Source: Hypanus sabinus (taxonomy: Eukaryota). From it: 64,000 nucleotides of DNA. Positions 52,266 through 64,000 of the stretch are shown here, one piece after another. Where the stretch lies: contig NC_082719.1 of the NCBI RefSeq assembly GCF_030144855.1, positions 84,568,001 through 84,632,000 on the forward strand, in the 5' to 3' direction. Within the stretch, counting starts at the first letter, position 1. The number at the start of each line of letters is the position of its first letter. Made by a program: the position numbers and the translations under genes. The notes under the pieces were generated by a model, which was not told the DNA's origin, searched no databases, and saw only the letters and a program-made list of their open reading frames with translations.

Positions 52266-52548
52266 GTGAATGCTATCTCTTTTCCACAAACATTTCTGAA
52301 ATGAAGGGAACTGGACACTTCGTCTTCCATCGGTGAGATCTATTTTTGGTTGATTCAAGGCTAGGTCTCATCTGCTGAGGTACTGTAGTGTATATTGTAC
52401 TAAATGTCCTTCCCGTTTGGCAGTGTAAAGCTTCTGAGAGTTCCTCATCCTAATGGTCTGTGGGGATGGGCAAGGTAGGTGGCGTGCTCACAAAGCTTTT
52501 AACATCTCATTCCTACTTCACTAAATGAATTATTTTTCTCTGTTTCAG

Positions 52549-52571
52549 GTGCTGGACATTTCCTCTGACGG
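52549..52571 (+). CDS. TRIM-like gene exon 4 (23-bp microexon)
   Basis: tgtttcag|GTG CTG GAC ATT TCC TCT GAC GG|gtgaga; 23-bp linker exon typical of SPRY-TRIMs; phases fit both neighbours. Confidence 0.85.
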
Positions 52572-52822
52572 GTGAGATTAAAATAAAACATCTGCATTTT
52601 GTTTTCTCTATTTCTGTCCATATCTGCAGATTTTGTGCCTCTTTGTGTTCATATTCCCCTCTGCCTTTCCCGTCGGGACTTTTTTTGTCAACTTGTCTAT
52701 TTTCATCTATATCTGACTTTTTCCTCATTCACTACTACTTGCCCCGTTTCAAATACCTGCACTACTGTACTTCACTGTGGTTCTGTCCATGTCAACCTGA
52801 CAGACTGTTTGTCTCATCACAG

Positions 52823-52938
52823 ATCGAGCTGCTTGAGTGGAACTGTGAATGAGCCCATTGTCCGTTTTAAGAGTGAGAAATTTCTTGGCCCACTGCAGTA
52901 CAAAGTCTGGAAGAAGATGTTTCAAGTAATTCAGACAG
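52823..52938 (+). CDS. TRIM-like gene exon 5 (linker)
   Basis: atcacag|A...ACA G|gtgaca; 116 bp; SSCLSGTVNEPIVRFKSEKFLGPLQYKVWKKMFQVIQT, with the GPLQYxVWK motif of TRIM62/69/35/A33-like proteins. Confidence 0.9.
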
Positions 52939-53873
52939 GTGACAGAACTTTTTATGACCCCTCTTGCCCCTGGTGATCACATTGAATTAGCTGGAATGAG
53001 GTGCATGTAGAACTGGTGAATACAGCTTCAATTTCAACATTTAAGAGAAATTTGGATATGTACATGGATGGGAGGTCTATGGTCAGGGTGCAAGTCAATA
53101 GTACAAAGCAAAATGATAGTTCAACACAAACCACGTGGGCCAAAGGACTTGTTTCTGTGCTGTAGTGTTTTTTGACTTTATGATATATGACCTGGCAGCT
53201 CATTCCTGTAGGATCTCCAGGCCAGTGGTATAGTACCTTGAGAATAGTTTGATTGGAGGATATCTCAAGGTGGTGAAGCACAGATTTCAAGCTCTGCCCA
53301 AGGTTAGATAGTAGTCACATGGGGAAAGCAGTCATCTGTTATCTCAAATTCCAATAGGTGAAATAAGCTGCTATGGGGGCACTTCTACAAAGTCCTGATG
53401 TTTCCTTGAGCAACACACGCAAAATGTTAGAGTGGTCAAGCAGCAGTTTGTTTTGGGCCGAGACCCTGCTGATTTCCTCCAGCACTGTTTATTTTATTTA
53501 TCTATTTAGAAGTTGAGACATTTTATCTAATTATTTAGAGATGCAGCGCAGGACCTTCTGGCCCATCTTGCCGTGTCACTCAGCAACTCATCTATTTTAA
53601 CCTTAAGCCAGTCACAGAACAATTTACAACGACTAACCTACTAACTGGTACACCTTTGGAATGTGGGAGGAAACCCGAGCATCCAGAGGGAACACGAGCT
53701 TTAACAGCATCGCACTAACTGCTATGCTGCTATGGCACCCCATCCACGTTCATTTTGTCAGTGTTGCTCAAGGTTTGTGTTATCTGCAGAATCTTTTGCC
53801 TCCCTAATGTTGGCTTTATGACCTCTCCTCCATGTTTGCCAATGTGATTTTTTTTTGTTACATTTCCTTTCAG

Positions 53874-54427
53874 TGCCTGAAGACTTCACCTTTGATCCTT
53901 TGACCTCCCATCCTCACCTTGAAGTTTCTCCAAACCGGCGGACGGTGATAACTCGCCGTGAGGCATTGCCGGTGCCTTATGCAGATGGGAGATTCGACAC
54001 CTGTCTATGCGTGCTCGGTAATGAGCCAATTTCCTCAGGAAAGCACTACTGGGAAGTGGTTGTTAGAAATAAGACCAAGTGGGATCTTGGTGTTGCCTAT
54101 AGTTCTGTACCTCGTCACGGGGATCTCATCTACAAACCTAGTAGAGGCATCTGGTGTTTGACATTACGGTATGGCTCTTGGTATGAAGCCTGTGATGAGA
54201 ATGACATTGAGCTTGAAATTCAGCACAAGCCGGGCCAAATTGGTATCTATGTGGACTACGAGGGCGGTGTGGTATTGTTTTTGGATGCCGAGACCATGCA
54301 AACACTACATGTTTTCCGAGCATGTTTCACAGAACAGCTTCTGCCTCTTTACAGCCCATGCATAGTGGAAGAGGGGGCTTCAACTGACCAGCAACTCACC
54401 ATTTTCAGATTGTATTTGCATCACTAA
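53874..54427 (+). CDS. TRIM-like gene exon 6 (PRY-SPRY/B30.2 domain, to stop)
   Basis: ctttcag|TG CCT...TAA; FDPLTSHPHL, RFDTCLCVLG, GKHYWEV, WDLGV, IGIYVDYEGG. Spliced CDS 1200 bp = 399 aa. Confidence 0.96.
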
Positions 54428-54525
54428 GAGCAATGTTCAGTGTGTGTGTGTTTGCTGTCTGCGATCGCAACAGAGGGACCCACTGCTCATTGTTAATGAG
54501 TATCGACTGAATTTACAACTGAGAG

Positions 54526-54531
54526 AATAAA
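54526..54531 (+). terminator. Likely polyadenylation signal of the TRIM-like gene
   Basis: AATAAA about 100 bp after the stop, followed by GT-rich sequence. Confidence 0.55.
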
Positions 54532-55264
54532 GTTCAGGTTTTGAGTTGTTAATCTTTGCCCATTTGTAAGATCATTTTCCTCTTGATTGACACGAGATTA
54601 GCTTTATTTAAACTTTAATAGGAATTGTTAGATACAGAGAACTTGGATTTTAAAATTCTAAATTTTAAATCCATTGGAATGATACAGGTGAGATGTAGGG
54701 TCCCTAGACACTTCTGCTGGGCAGAGCTCTCTCCCAAGGTCCCCAGTTCAGTCTGTATATCTAACCATTGACAAAACAATACCTCTCATAATGCTTTGCC
54801 ATGTGTCAAAGCAAGCTACGCACCAGGGAAATGAGTTGGAAGTGAGACGTTGGTGTAATCCATGTGGCATCCATTGAATGAGAATCACACCAGCTAACTG
54901 TCGGAGAACTCAGTCACAGGTACTTGTAGCACGTTATGGGGGCTTTTGTAGAGATTTATTTATTTACTTAGAGATACAGTGTGGAATAGGCCCTTCTGCC
55001 CCATTGAGCCACATTACCCAGCAAGCCACCTATTTAACCCTTTGCAATGACCAATTAACCTACCAACCGGTAGGTCTTTGGACTGTGGGGAGAAACCTGA
55101 ACAGTCGGTGGAACCCCACATGCTGTCAGGAAGGACAGACAAAACTCTGACAGTTTGGGCCAGAATTGAACCCCAAGCTCCTTGAACAGCGTGCAATCAT
55201 TTCTGAAGCTCATGGCCTGCCAATGACAGTAGTGTGATAAATGCAACAAAGCAGCAAGACGTAC

Positions 55265-55700
55265 TTGTCATACGAGGAGCTTTTGATGGCCCTGGGCCTA
55301 TATTCACTGGAATTCAAAAGAATGAGGGGTGACCTCATTGAAACCTATCAAATGTTGAAAGGCCTCTATAGAGTGGATGTGGAGAGGATGGAAGAATCTA
55401 GGACTAGAGGACATAGCCTCAGAATAGAGGGGCATCCTTTTAGAATGGAGGTGAGGACGATGTTCTTTAGAGAGTAGTGAATCTGTGGAATTCATTAGCG
55501 CAGATGGTTGTGGAGGCCAAGTCTTTATGTACATTTAAGGCAGAGGTTGATAGATTCTTGATTGGTCAGGGCATGGAGGGATACTGGGAAAAGCCAGGAG
55601 ATTGGGGCTAAGAGGGAAAATGGATCAGCCATGATGAAATGGTGGAGCAGGCTCGCTGGGCCAAATGGCCTAATTCTGCTCTTATATGTTATGGTCTTTC
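55265..55700 (+). mobile_element. CR1 3' fragment
   Basis: LGLYSLEFKRMRGDLIETYQMLKG...RTRGHSLRI and tail. Confidence 0.85.
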
Positions 55701-57459
55701 TGTATGTTGTGCTTTGATTTTCCAATAGCGGGTATAGGCTGCACCCAAAACTTTCAGGTTATTTCAGTAAGGATAGAAATTGGAATCATGTTGGTGTGAG
55801 GAGAAGCACATGAAATGTGAGAAACAAAGAGCTGCTAGTATGGTTAGTATATGTCATTCCTTGTTCAATTCCCAATGGGGCATGAATTCACCCTGAAACA
55901 ATCACTGCAATGAATCAAGTTGGGTTAAAACACTTTCGTATATGATGTGAAAATAAGGAATGGAAGCTAATGACCCAATTTCTATTCTATTGTTGTCTGC
56001 ACTCCCAATAGGGTCTGCGACCAAGGAGGAATGGGTGGTTATGGATTCCGGATGTTAAATGCTTTTCATGCTCACAAGCCTTATGACCCAAAACAGAAGT
56101 TTGAAGTACAAATTCAAAAGAAACTGCAACATTCCCTCTCACTCATGAAAAGTTAAACATTTGACTTTGTTTAGCACGGTCAGTTTAACCCAGGTGACCC
56201 TAAGGATATGCATGAGAACATCGTGAATATCCAGACAACAGTTTTCATAACTGAGATTATCAATGAACTAAAGATTTTAGAAACAGGATTCCACAGCTGT
56301 GGCCAGCTAAGTGCAGAGAAAGGCTGCTTTAATAACTCATCTGTAACACAGATGATGTCATGGATATTGAGTCTGATCTGAAAAGCAATGAGGTGCACTT
56401 GAGCACAATGTGATTAATGAATGCAGCTCCAACTGAAGCTTTAATTTTCTGCAGTAATCAAAGAACAAATAGATAGTCAGCTAAATACATTTTCAGGTTG
56501 AATTTTATTAAAAGGTTATTTAGAGGATTGCGACAGAAATGGGTGTAAAATCAGCTACCTTCAGTGGAAAGCAACTGGGCACCAGGTCCACAATGGGTGT
56601 AGTCTCACCGGCTCTCCACCCAGCCTTGGACTGCCTGAGCAACACCAATACTGATGTCAGGCTGCTGTTTATAGATTACAGTTCAGCATTCAACACTATC
56701 ATCCCTTAAGTACTAAGCATGCTTCAAAACCTGGGCTTCTGTACCTCCCTCTGCAACTGGATCATTGACCTCCTCATTGGGAGACCACAGTCGGTGCAGA
56801 TCCTTGAAGACGACCAACACCAGCGCACCTCACGGTTGAGTGCTTAGCCCACTGCTCTCTCTACACCAATGATTCCCACTGTAGGCTAGGTCACTACACC
56901 TATGGGGGCAGTGGGAGTTTTTAAGGGATTGGGGGTGCACTGGGTAGAAAGAAGGGGTAGCTGAGGGATTACGGGCTTAATTTAAGCAATAAGTTACTTA
57001 TCAGCATTTCAGTGCCTCATAACTGGTCACAGTCACATGATCACCTCATGTCTCTTTGACTTTGCTCGAAAAAATGTAACTCTTTGGCATAACATGAGAA
57101 GTCTGGACTGCAAAAATTGTTATTTCTGGACCCGTCAGCACATTATTGCCATTCACTACTGTAGTGTGGTATTAGCTAGTATGATTCTTCTACTTTAATC
57201 ATGCAGTGATGCAGTTCCTGTGGATTAGAGTATGGTGAAGAACAGAATCTGCTCTTTCAGATGGTCATGACTGCATTTCGCTAACCCACGGTCCAACCAA
57301 GATATTGCTGCCCCTCTTTAAGCAGTTAGGTTTTGCCTGAACTCTGACATCATAACTCCCCCTTATTGATTGCAGCATTTGAGGTGACACTTAAGCAAAA
57401 AGTGATTGACCATGGTGGGAAAATTCATAATGAAAATGTCAGAAGCAGACCAAATGAGA

Positions 57460-58600
57460 AGGAAGTGTGGAGTATCTGAAACATGGAATTATATCAGCAC
57501 CAAGCAATCAATAGCTGCCAATGTGTCTTGTCTTATTTTTTTTTCCAAGTAAGGCAAAGAAACCATCCGGGCTCCTTGAACCTTTGAAGAGAATACACTC
57601 TGATAAAACAAGCAAGAGCTTGGCTTATTTTCAGTCACTTTATGAAAACTTTCAGCACCTAATAACAAAACAGTGATGGTTTGTGTGCTTCATACATTTC
57701 ATTGCTGAATCTGGAAAGCCACTTGCATTGGAGACGAACTGATACTACCAGCAGAAATGGAGGGTCTGAGTTCAATTTTGTATATGTCACCAGATCAAAT
57801 AGTTAGAATGATTCAGCTCCGTGACATCTCTGTTCAAAGATGAATAAATGAAATGTCCAAGGAAGTTTAAGACATTGTGCAACATACTTGGGGCAACAGA
57901 ATTTGCCCTGCAGTTAGATGAGTCAACTTTGACAGGCAATAAATCTTTGCTTTTTGATTATATTTACTTCATAAAAGTGAAAGAAAATGGTGTTATTTGC
58001 AAAGGGGCTAGAAATAGATACAAAGAATGAGACAATATTTTGTATTGTTGAACAATTTTCCAAAGAGGAGATCATATCTTGCTTGTCAAACAGATGGGGC
58101 ACCCACCTCCCCCCCAATGGGGTTATTACTTTCTTGAAAAAAAGCTGTACTTAATATACATATTTATCATCCACAATGTAATTCACAAATAACATCTTGT
58201 TGCAAAGAAACTTAAGTGATAGGTTACACAAATCATTATCATAGCGGTAAATAAAATCACATCCCATGTTCTCAATTCTCAACTATTTTGTGAGTGTTGT
58301 ATTGAGTATAATGAACTGCCTGAACTCTTGCTGTTGCACAGGGATGGCTCTCAAAAGGAAACAGTTTTTATGTGCTTTCTGAAACTGATAGAAATATTTG
58401 AAGATGACTGCTTATTCAGTAATCAACTGAATCAACTTTTTGTCAGAATTATTCATGTAGTCTAATGAAATCCATCTTCAATGGCAAGGAAGTAATGTGA
58501 ATTTTATCAGTTATATCAGTCATCTCCACATTTTTTGTCCAAGTTTATCCTAATTAAGTGGCTGTCACAACCTTTTCCAATTTCTGAGCCTGTCTGAGTG
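57460..58600 (+). mobile_element. Decayed hAT (Buster/Charlie) transposase
   Basis: EFALQLDEST motif; N-terminal part homologous to 23570-24095. Confidence 0.8.
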
Positions 58601-58609
58601 AAAGAGAAT

Positions 58610-59600
58610 TGAAATATATTGACTTTATTGCTTACATTCTATATATACATATCTTTAGATGTCTCCATCTAAATGTGCAATTTATAGTAATTTATAATAA
58701 ATAGTATGTACAACAGGACAGTCAATATAATATAGAAAAGGAATTGTATCACCGTGAATTGATCAGTCTGATGGCCTGGTGGGAGAAGCTGTCCCAGAGC
58801 CTGTTGGTCCTGGCTTTTATGCTGTGATACCGTTTCCTGGATGATAACAGCTGGAACAGTTTGTGGTAGGGATGACTCAGGTCCCCAATGATCCTTTGGG
58901 CCCTTTTCACACACCTGTCTTTGTAAATGTCCTGAATAGTGGGAAGTTCACATCTACAGCTAAGCTGGGCTGTCTGCACCACTCTCTACAGAGTCCTGTG
59001 ATTGAGGGAAGTACTGTTCCCATACCAGGCAGTGATGCAGCCAGTCAGGACCAGTTGTTCCCCTATAGAAAGTTCTTAAGATCTGGTGGCTCACACCAAA
59101 CTTCTTCAACCATCTGAGGTGACAGAGGTGCTTTTGCGCCTTTTTCACCACACAGCCAGTATGTACAGACCTCGGTGATGTTTATGCCGAGGAACTTAAG
59201 GCTGTTCACCTCTCAGCCCCAGATCCATTGATGTCAATCGGGACTAGCCTGTCTCCTTCTCTTGTAGTCCATAACCAGCTCCTTTGTTTTTGCGACATTG
59301 ATGGAGAGGTTGTTTTCTTGACACTATGTCAGGGTGATGACTACTTCTTCTCTGTAGGCTGCCTCATTATTATTTGTGATTAGGCCAATCAATGTAGTGT
59401 TGTCAGCAAATTTAATTAGCAGATTGTAGCTGTGGGTGGTGGCACAATCATGGGTATACAGAGAATAAAGGAGGGTGCTTAGTGCACAGCCCTGAGGAGC
59501 ATCTGTGTTGGGGGGCAGAGGGGAAGGAGCCCACTCTTATCACCCGCTAGCGATCTGACAGGAAACCCAGGATCCAGCTACACAGGGCAGGGCGAAGGCT
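58610..59600 (-). mobile_element. Rex1/Babar-like LINE 3' portion
   Basis: VKKAQKHLCHLRWLKKFGVSHQILRTFYRGT; LFQLLSSRKRYHSIKARTNRLWDSF. Confidence 0.8.
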
Positions 59601-60309
59601 GAGGAAAGAATGCCAGACGATGATCTTCAAATATATTGTGCTCACGTTCCAGAATGGGTAATAAATCCATTCCCGAGCACTTGTAATGAGGAATTAACAG
59701 GAAGGATGGAGGAAGAACTAATCTCACTATGAAATGACTTAAGGCGGAAGCTGAGGTTCGAAAAATCATATCAAGACTTTTGGACGCAGAAAGAAATCAC
59801 TGCATACTATCCTGTATTGGTGGAAAAAAGGTCAAGGCATTCTTTATTGCCTTTCCAGCATCATAGTCAGTGGAGCACAGATTCAGTACAGTCAGCCAAC
59901 TTCTTTCAAGGCAATGAATCAGACTGCGAATTACTCATCTGAAATTCCTTCTGAGTGATAGTCAGCCTGATGTTGCAAAGCTGATATCACTGCACCACGT
60001 CCATCCATCTCATTGAAAGATGAAAAGCAATGAAGTGGTGAATAGTTGGACTACTAATGTATACTCTAAACTTGTTGATGAAATTTGTTTTACTGTAATT
60101 AACTAAATTATTCATAGCCTTAAATAAATCTGAATAAATGTTTCAATTACTTGTCACTGCTTTTAAGTTACAGTTCCTATTTTCTTTCATTGTATATAGT
60201 AAATCAAAATTCTTTAGTTTTATGGAATAGCAAGAAGGGCGGGGTGGGCGTCATTGTGGATGAAGTCTGTCAGCCAAGGGGCTGGTAACCCGAAAAAAGT
60301 TGGGGAATC

Positions 60310-60935
60310 ACTGCTCTACACCCGTGATTGTGTGGCTAGACAATCATTTACAAATTCACCAATGACACAACTGTCAGCAGAAGTTCAGACAATGATGAGG
60401 AAGTGTACAGGAGTGAGAAAGATTGGCTGGTTGAGTGGTGTGGCAACAACAACCTTGCACTTAATGGCAGTCAGATCAAGGGACTGATTGTGGACTTCAG
60501 GAAGGGGAAGTCGAGAGAACACACACCCGTCCTCGTTGATGGATCAGCAGGAGGAATGTGGAGCAGCTTCATGTTCCTGTGTGTCAACATCTCTGAAGAT
60601 CTAACTGGGCCCAGCAAATTAATACAATTATGAAGAAGGCACATCACTGACTAAATTTTATTAGGAATTTGAGGAGACTTGGTATGTCACCAAAGAATCA
60701 AGTAACTTTCTACAGTTAAGCAGTGGAGAGCATTCTAACTGGTTTTATCATCGTCTGGTATGGAGGGACCACTGCACAGCATCGGGAAAAGCTGCAGGGG
60801 TTGTAAAGTTACCCAGCTCCATCATGGATGCTGGCTTCCCCACACTGGAGAAAATCTTCAAATGGCAATGCCTAAGAAAGGTGGCATCTATCATTAGAAC
60901 TCCCACAACCCAGGACACGATCTTTTCTCAATACT
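60310..60935 (+). mobile_element. Rex1/Babar-like LINE RT fragment
   Basis: YRSEKDWLVEWCGNNNLALNGSQIKGLIVDFRK. Confidence 0.75.
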
Positions 60936-61261
60936 AGAGGTTGAGTACCCCTTATCCAAAATTGTTGGGGCTATAAATGGTTCACATTTTGGAATACTGT
61001 ATACAGTATAAGGAGATAGCTTGAGATTCCCATCATTTTTGACTGTAAAATTATGTACTACTGGTAAGCAGACTATGTCTTACACTGGTTCATCACACAA
61101 CTGTACTTAACAGTACAAATTATTACATACCATTAATATAACAAAAATATAATGTGTGCAGGGTAACAAAACCAGCACAGAAGCATTGAGAGAATACCTG
61201 AATCAGCTGCTGAACACTAACAAACAGCAGCAGGCTTCCAGTCTCCATCCATGATGCTGTG

Positions 61262-61603
61262 TCCCTCACTCCTTGCCTGCTCTCCATCTCCCTCCGGTGC
61301 TCCCCTCCCCCTTTCTTTCTCCCTAGGCCTCCCGTCCCATGATCCTCTCCCTTCTCCAGCTCTGTATCCCTTTTGCCAATCACCATCCATCCCCCTCCTG
61401 TCCTCTCCTATCATTTTGGATCTCCCCCTCCCCCCCACACTTTCAAATCTCTTACTATCTCTTCTTTCAGTTAGTCCTGACGAAGGGTCTCGGCCCGAAA
61501 CGTCAACTGTACTTCTTCCTATAGATGCTGCCTAGCCTGCTGCATTCCACCAGCATTTTGTGTGTGTTGCTTGAATTTCCAGCATCTGCAGATTTCCTCA
61601 TGT
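61262..61603 (+). mobile_element. Penelope-type element 3' end/pLTR
   Basis: Pyrimidine-rich tract, hammerhead core, then the shared gatgctgcct-gcctgctg...ccagcattttgtgtgt...ttccagcatctgcaga tail. Confidence 0.75.
61472..61509 (+). ncRNA. Minimal type I hammerhead ribozyme motif
   Basis: tagtc-CTGACGA-a-GGG-tctcgg-CCC-GAAA-CG-TC^-aactg: intact CUGANGA and GAAA boxes, stem II and UC cleavage site; one mismatch in stem I. Confidence 0.75.
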
Positions 61604-62469
61604 TAATAAATTTCTCTGCAGATTTATTGTCTACACATGCTTTAATTTTTTTTAATTTCAAAATCTTAAAAAATTTAATGTCATGCCTTTTCTTAAATTG
61701 GTGCAAAAGTCTTCCAGCTGTTCACAATTATCTACAGTTTTCAGTTTATCATGATAGATTATTTATTTATTGAGATATAGAGCGGAATAGGCCCTCCTGG
61801 CCCTTCAAGCCACGTCGCCCAGCAATCCCTTGATTTAATCCTAGCCTACAACTTACAATGACCAATTAGCCTACCAACTGGTATGTCTTTGGACTGTGGA
61901 AGGACAGGTAGTGACGGGAATTGAACCTGGATCACCTGCACTGTAAAGCATTGTGGTAACCACTGCTACAATGCCTTCACAAATACCTTCAATACTGAAA
62001 TAATCATGATAGATCTTTGCTTGTTTCATGATCAATGTGCCATTATGAGGTCTATGGTCTCTCGCCTAAGCTCTACAGCCTGCGCTCTGCAGTCTTCTAG
62101 TTTGTATGTCTTCATTTTGGGAAGATGCATTTAGTTCATTGGAGTATTCAAGATTCAAAGATTCAAAGAGCATTTATTATAAAAGCAGGTATAAACCCAA
62201 AAGAACACACAAAAAAAGACAAAAATAAAAGACCAACACACAATGTGCATAGAAAGGAAAACAAAAATACAAATCAGGCAAATAATTGAAGTGAACAGCA
62301 ACATTCTGAACCAAATTGAGGCATCAGTTCCAAACCCCAGAGCAACCTGGAGCAGACCTAGTTTGATATATTAGCAGGCACAACCACAGCAGCAGGGGCA
62401 GTCTTCATAGCCTCAGCACAATGGAGAGAGGAGTGCCAATCGTGAACAGCGAGAAAAATCGTAAAGAGG

Positions 62470-62705
62470 AACTTTTTTTTAGCCTGAGAGTAGTAAATCT
62501 ATGGAATGCTCTGCCACAGGCTGCTGTGGAGGCCAAGTCCATGGGTATATTCAAGGTGGAAGTTGATCATTTCCTGATCAGTCAGGGCATCAAAGGATAT
62601 GGTGAGTAGGCAGGTGTATGAGTTTGACTGGGATCGAGGATCAGCTATGATGGAATGGCAGAGCAGCTTCAATGGGCTGAATGGCCTAATTCTGCTCCTT
62701 ATGGA
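62470..62705 (+). mobile_element. CR1 3' tail
   Basis: FFSLRVVNLWNALP and CR1 3' end. Confidence 0.75.
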
Positions 62706-62829
62706 TCTCGCTTCAGAAACATAGCATGCGGTCTTTTCAGTCTATCTACGCCAGTTTATAAATTGAACAAACTACAGGACAGCCAAAGGTTCTGGCCTTC
62801 TGGAGAGAGCAGTGAATGTTGCAGAGTGC

Positions 62830-63803
62830 AAGTGTATTCCTGACTGTAACTCAATTGTGCCTCAATCTGCTATTTCCACTGACACAACAATTTCAACTTC
62901 TGTTTTAAATTTGTTATGCTTCAGTTAGGAGTTGTTTTCTGAATGCTTTCTTTTAAAATTCTATAAGTTAAATGATGACTCAGTGCATCATTAAGCCCAT
63001 TAGCAATCTGACAATGTTTGCCACGTAAACTGAAATGGACTCTCCTAACTTTTGATACCACTTATGAAACCTAAAGCATTCTGCAATCAACAATGGTTTC
63101 AGTGTTAAATGTTTCTGCATTACTTGCAGCAAAGCTCATATCGGCTGGTTTGGTTTGAACAGTTAAACTTGGAAACAAACCGTATGCCTTGAAACCCAAT
63201 GTATTCAGCAAAACGGGTACTCTTTTCTCATTGGATATTTTCTTTTCTTTAATACATTGCTCAATCTGCTTTGTATATAATAGCCAATTGTCTGTTGTGC
63301 AATCAAGCATGTCTATCTTTCCAATATATCCAGCCATTTCTGCTTCCTTTTTAATTCTGATTATTATCACACAGTACTTATTGTTTATAAACCCATTCTC
63401 TGTCCTATTTTAAAAGACTCAATGTTCTCCCTCCCCCACCTGAAGAGACATGTGCTGCACTGTTTTCTTTTACTCAAATTTCTCGCCATTCTTTTCTTTT
63501 AACATAAAAGTCTCGAACGCTTCAACAGGTGGACAGTTATCTCAGATTGTTTTAAAAATACCTCAACACCACTGTTATGCTTTGTAACTCCAACACAAAA
63601 CTAATTGAAAGGAAAAGATAAAAGTCCGCAATGTAACGTGCTGTTTATTTTAAGGAAAGTGCGCACATATGACATGGTACCATCATGACACATGCCATTT
63701 ACGTACGTTTTCATATAGTCCATAGATAATTATCCATACAAACAAAGTATGCTTAATTATATTTGCAATCAAATATTACTGAAATATTAAATAGATAAGT
63801 ACA
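62830..63803 (-). mobile_element. Gypsy LTR retrotransposon 5' relic (LTR, PBS, gag)
   Basis: LTR at about 63573-63803 ending ...CATAACA, then TGGTG-TGAGG; gag MAGYIGKIDMLDCTTDNWLLY..IEQ...RVPVLL..LG.KAYGL...L....KP. Confidence 0.8.
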
Positions 63804-64000
63804 ATGCAGGTATAAGACATTCATATACAGTAACTTGCAATGAAAATTAAGTAACTATGTAAGGCAAAAGAGGAATAATGAGGTAGTGTTCATGTGTCCA
63901 TCGACTGCCCAGAGATCTGATGGCAGAGGGGAAGAAACTGTTCATAAGATGTTGTGTGTTTGTCTTTAGCCTCTTGTACCACCTCCCCAATGATAGTGAC

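Overview
Vertebrate nuclear DNA, not prokaryotic. The repeat families and intron sizes suggest a cartilaginous fish, probably a ray (inference). Three spliced genes are recognisable. (1) The 5' part of GALT on the minus strand: exons 2 and 3 are well supported, and I propose candidate extra 5' exons. (2) A complete 4-exon SIGMAR1 on the plus strand (220 aa), head-to-head with GALT across a CpG island. (3) A complete 6-exon RING-less TRIM-like gene on the plus strand (B-box, coiled coil, PRY-SPRY; 399 aa), with a perfect NF-kB site about 100 bp upstream of its ATG. Most of the rest is decayed and often nested transposable elements: CR1 and Rex1/Babar-like LINEs, Penelope-type pLTRs carrying hammerhead-ribozyme cores and fold-backs, V-SINEs, hAT (Buster/Charlie), pogo/Tigger, Tc1, Gypsy solo LTRs, and a Copia relic whose apparent gag ATG lies inside its tRNA-iMet primer-binding site. 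I cannot demonstrate a wholly new biological system. The best leads are the RING-less NF-kB-linked TRIM, the hammerhead-bearing pLTRs, the Copia relic, the candidate GALT N-terminal exons and a 200-bp inverted repeat in SIGMAR1 intron 1. Exon and TSD-defined coordinates were counted by hand; other repeat boundaries are approximate.
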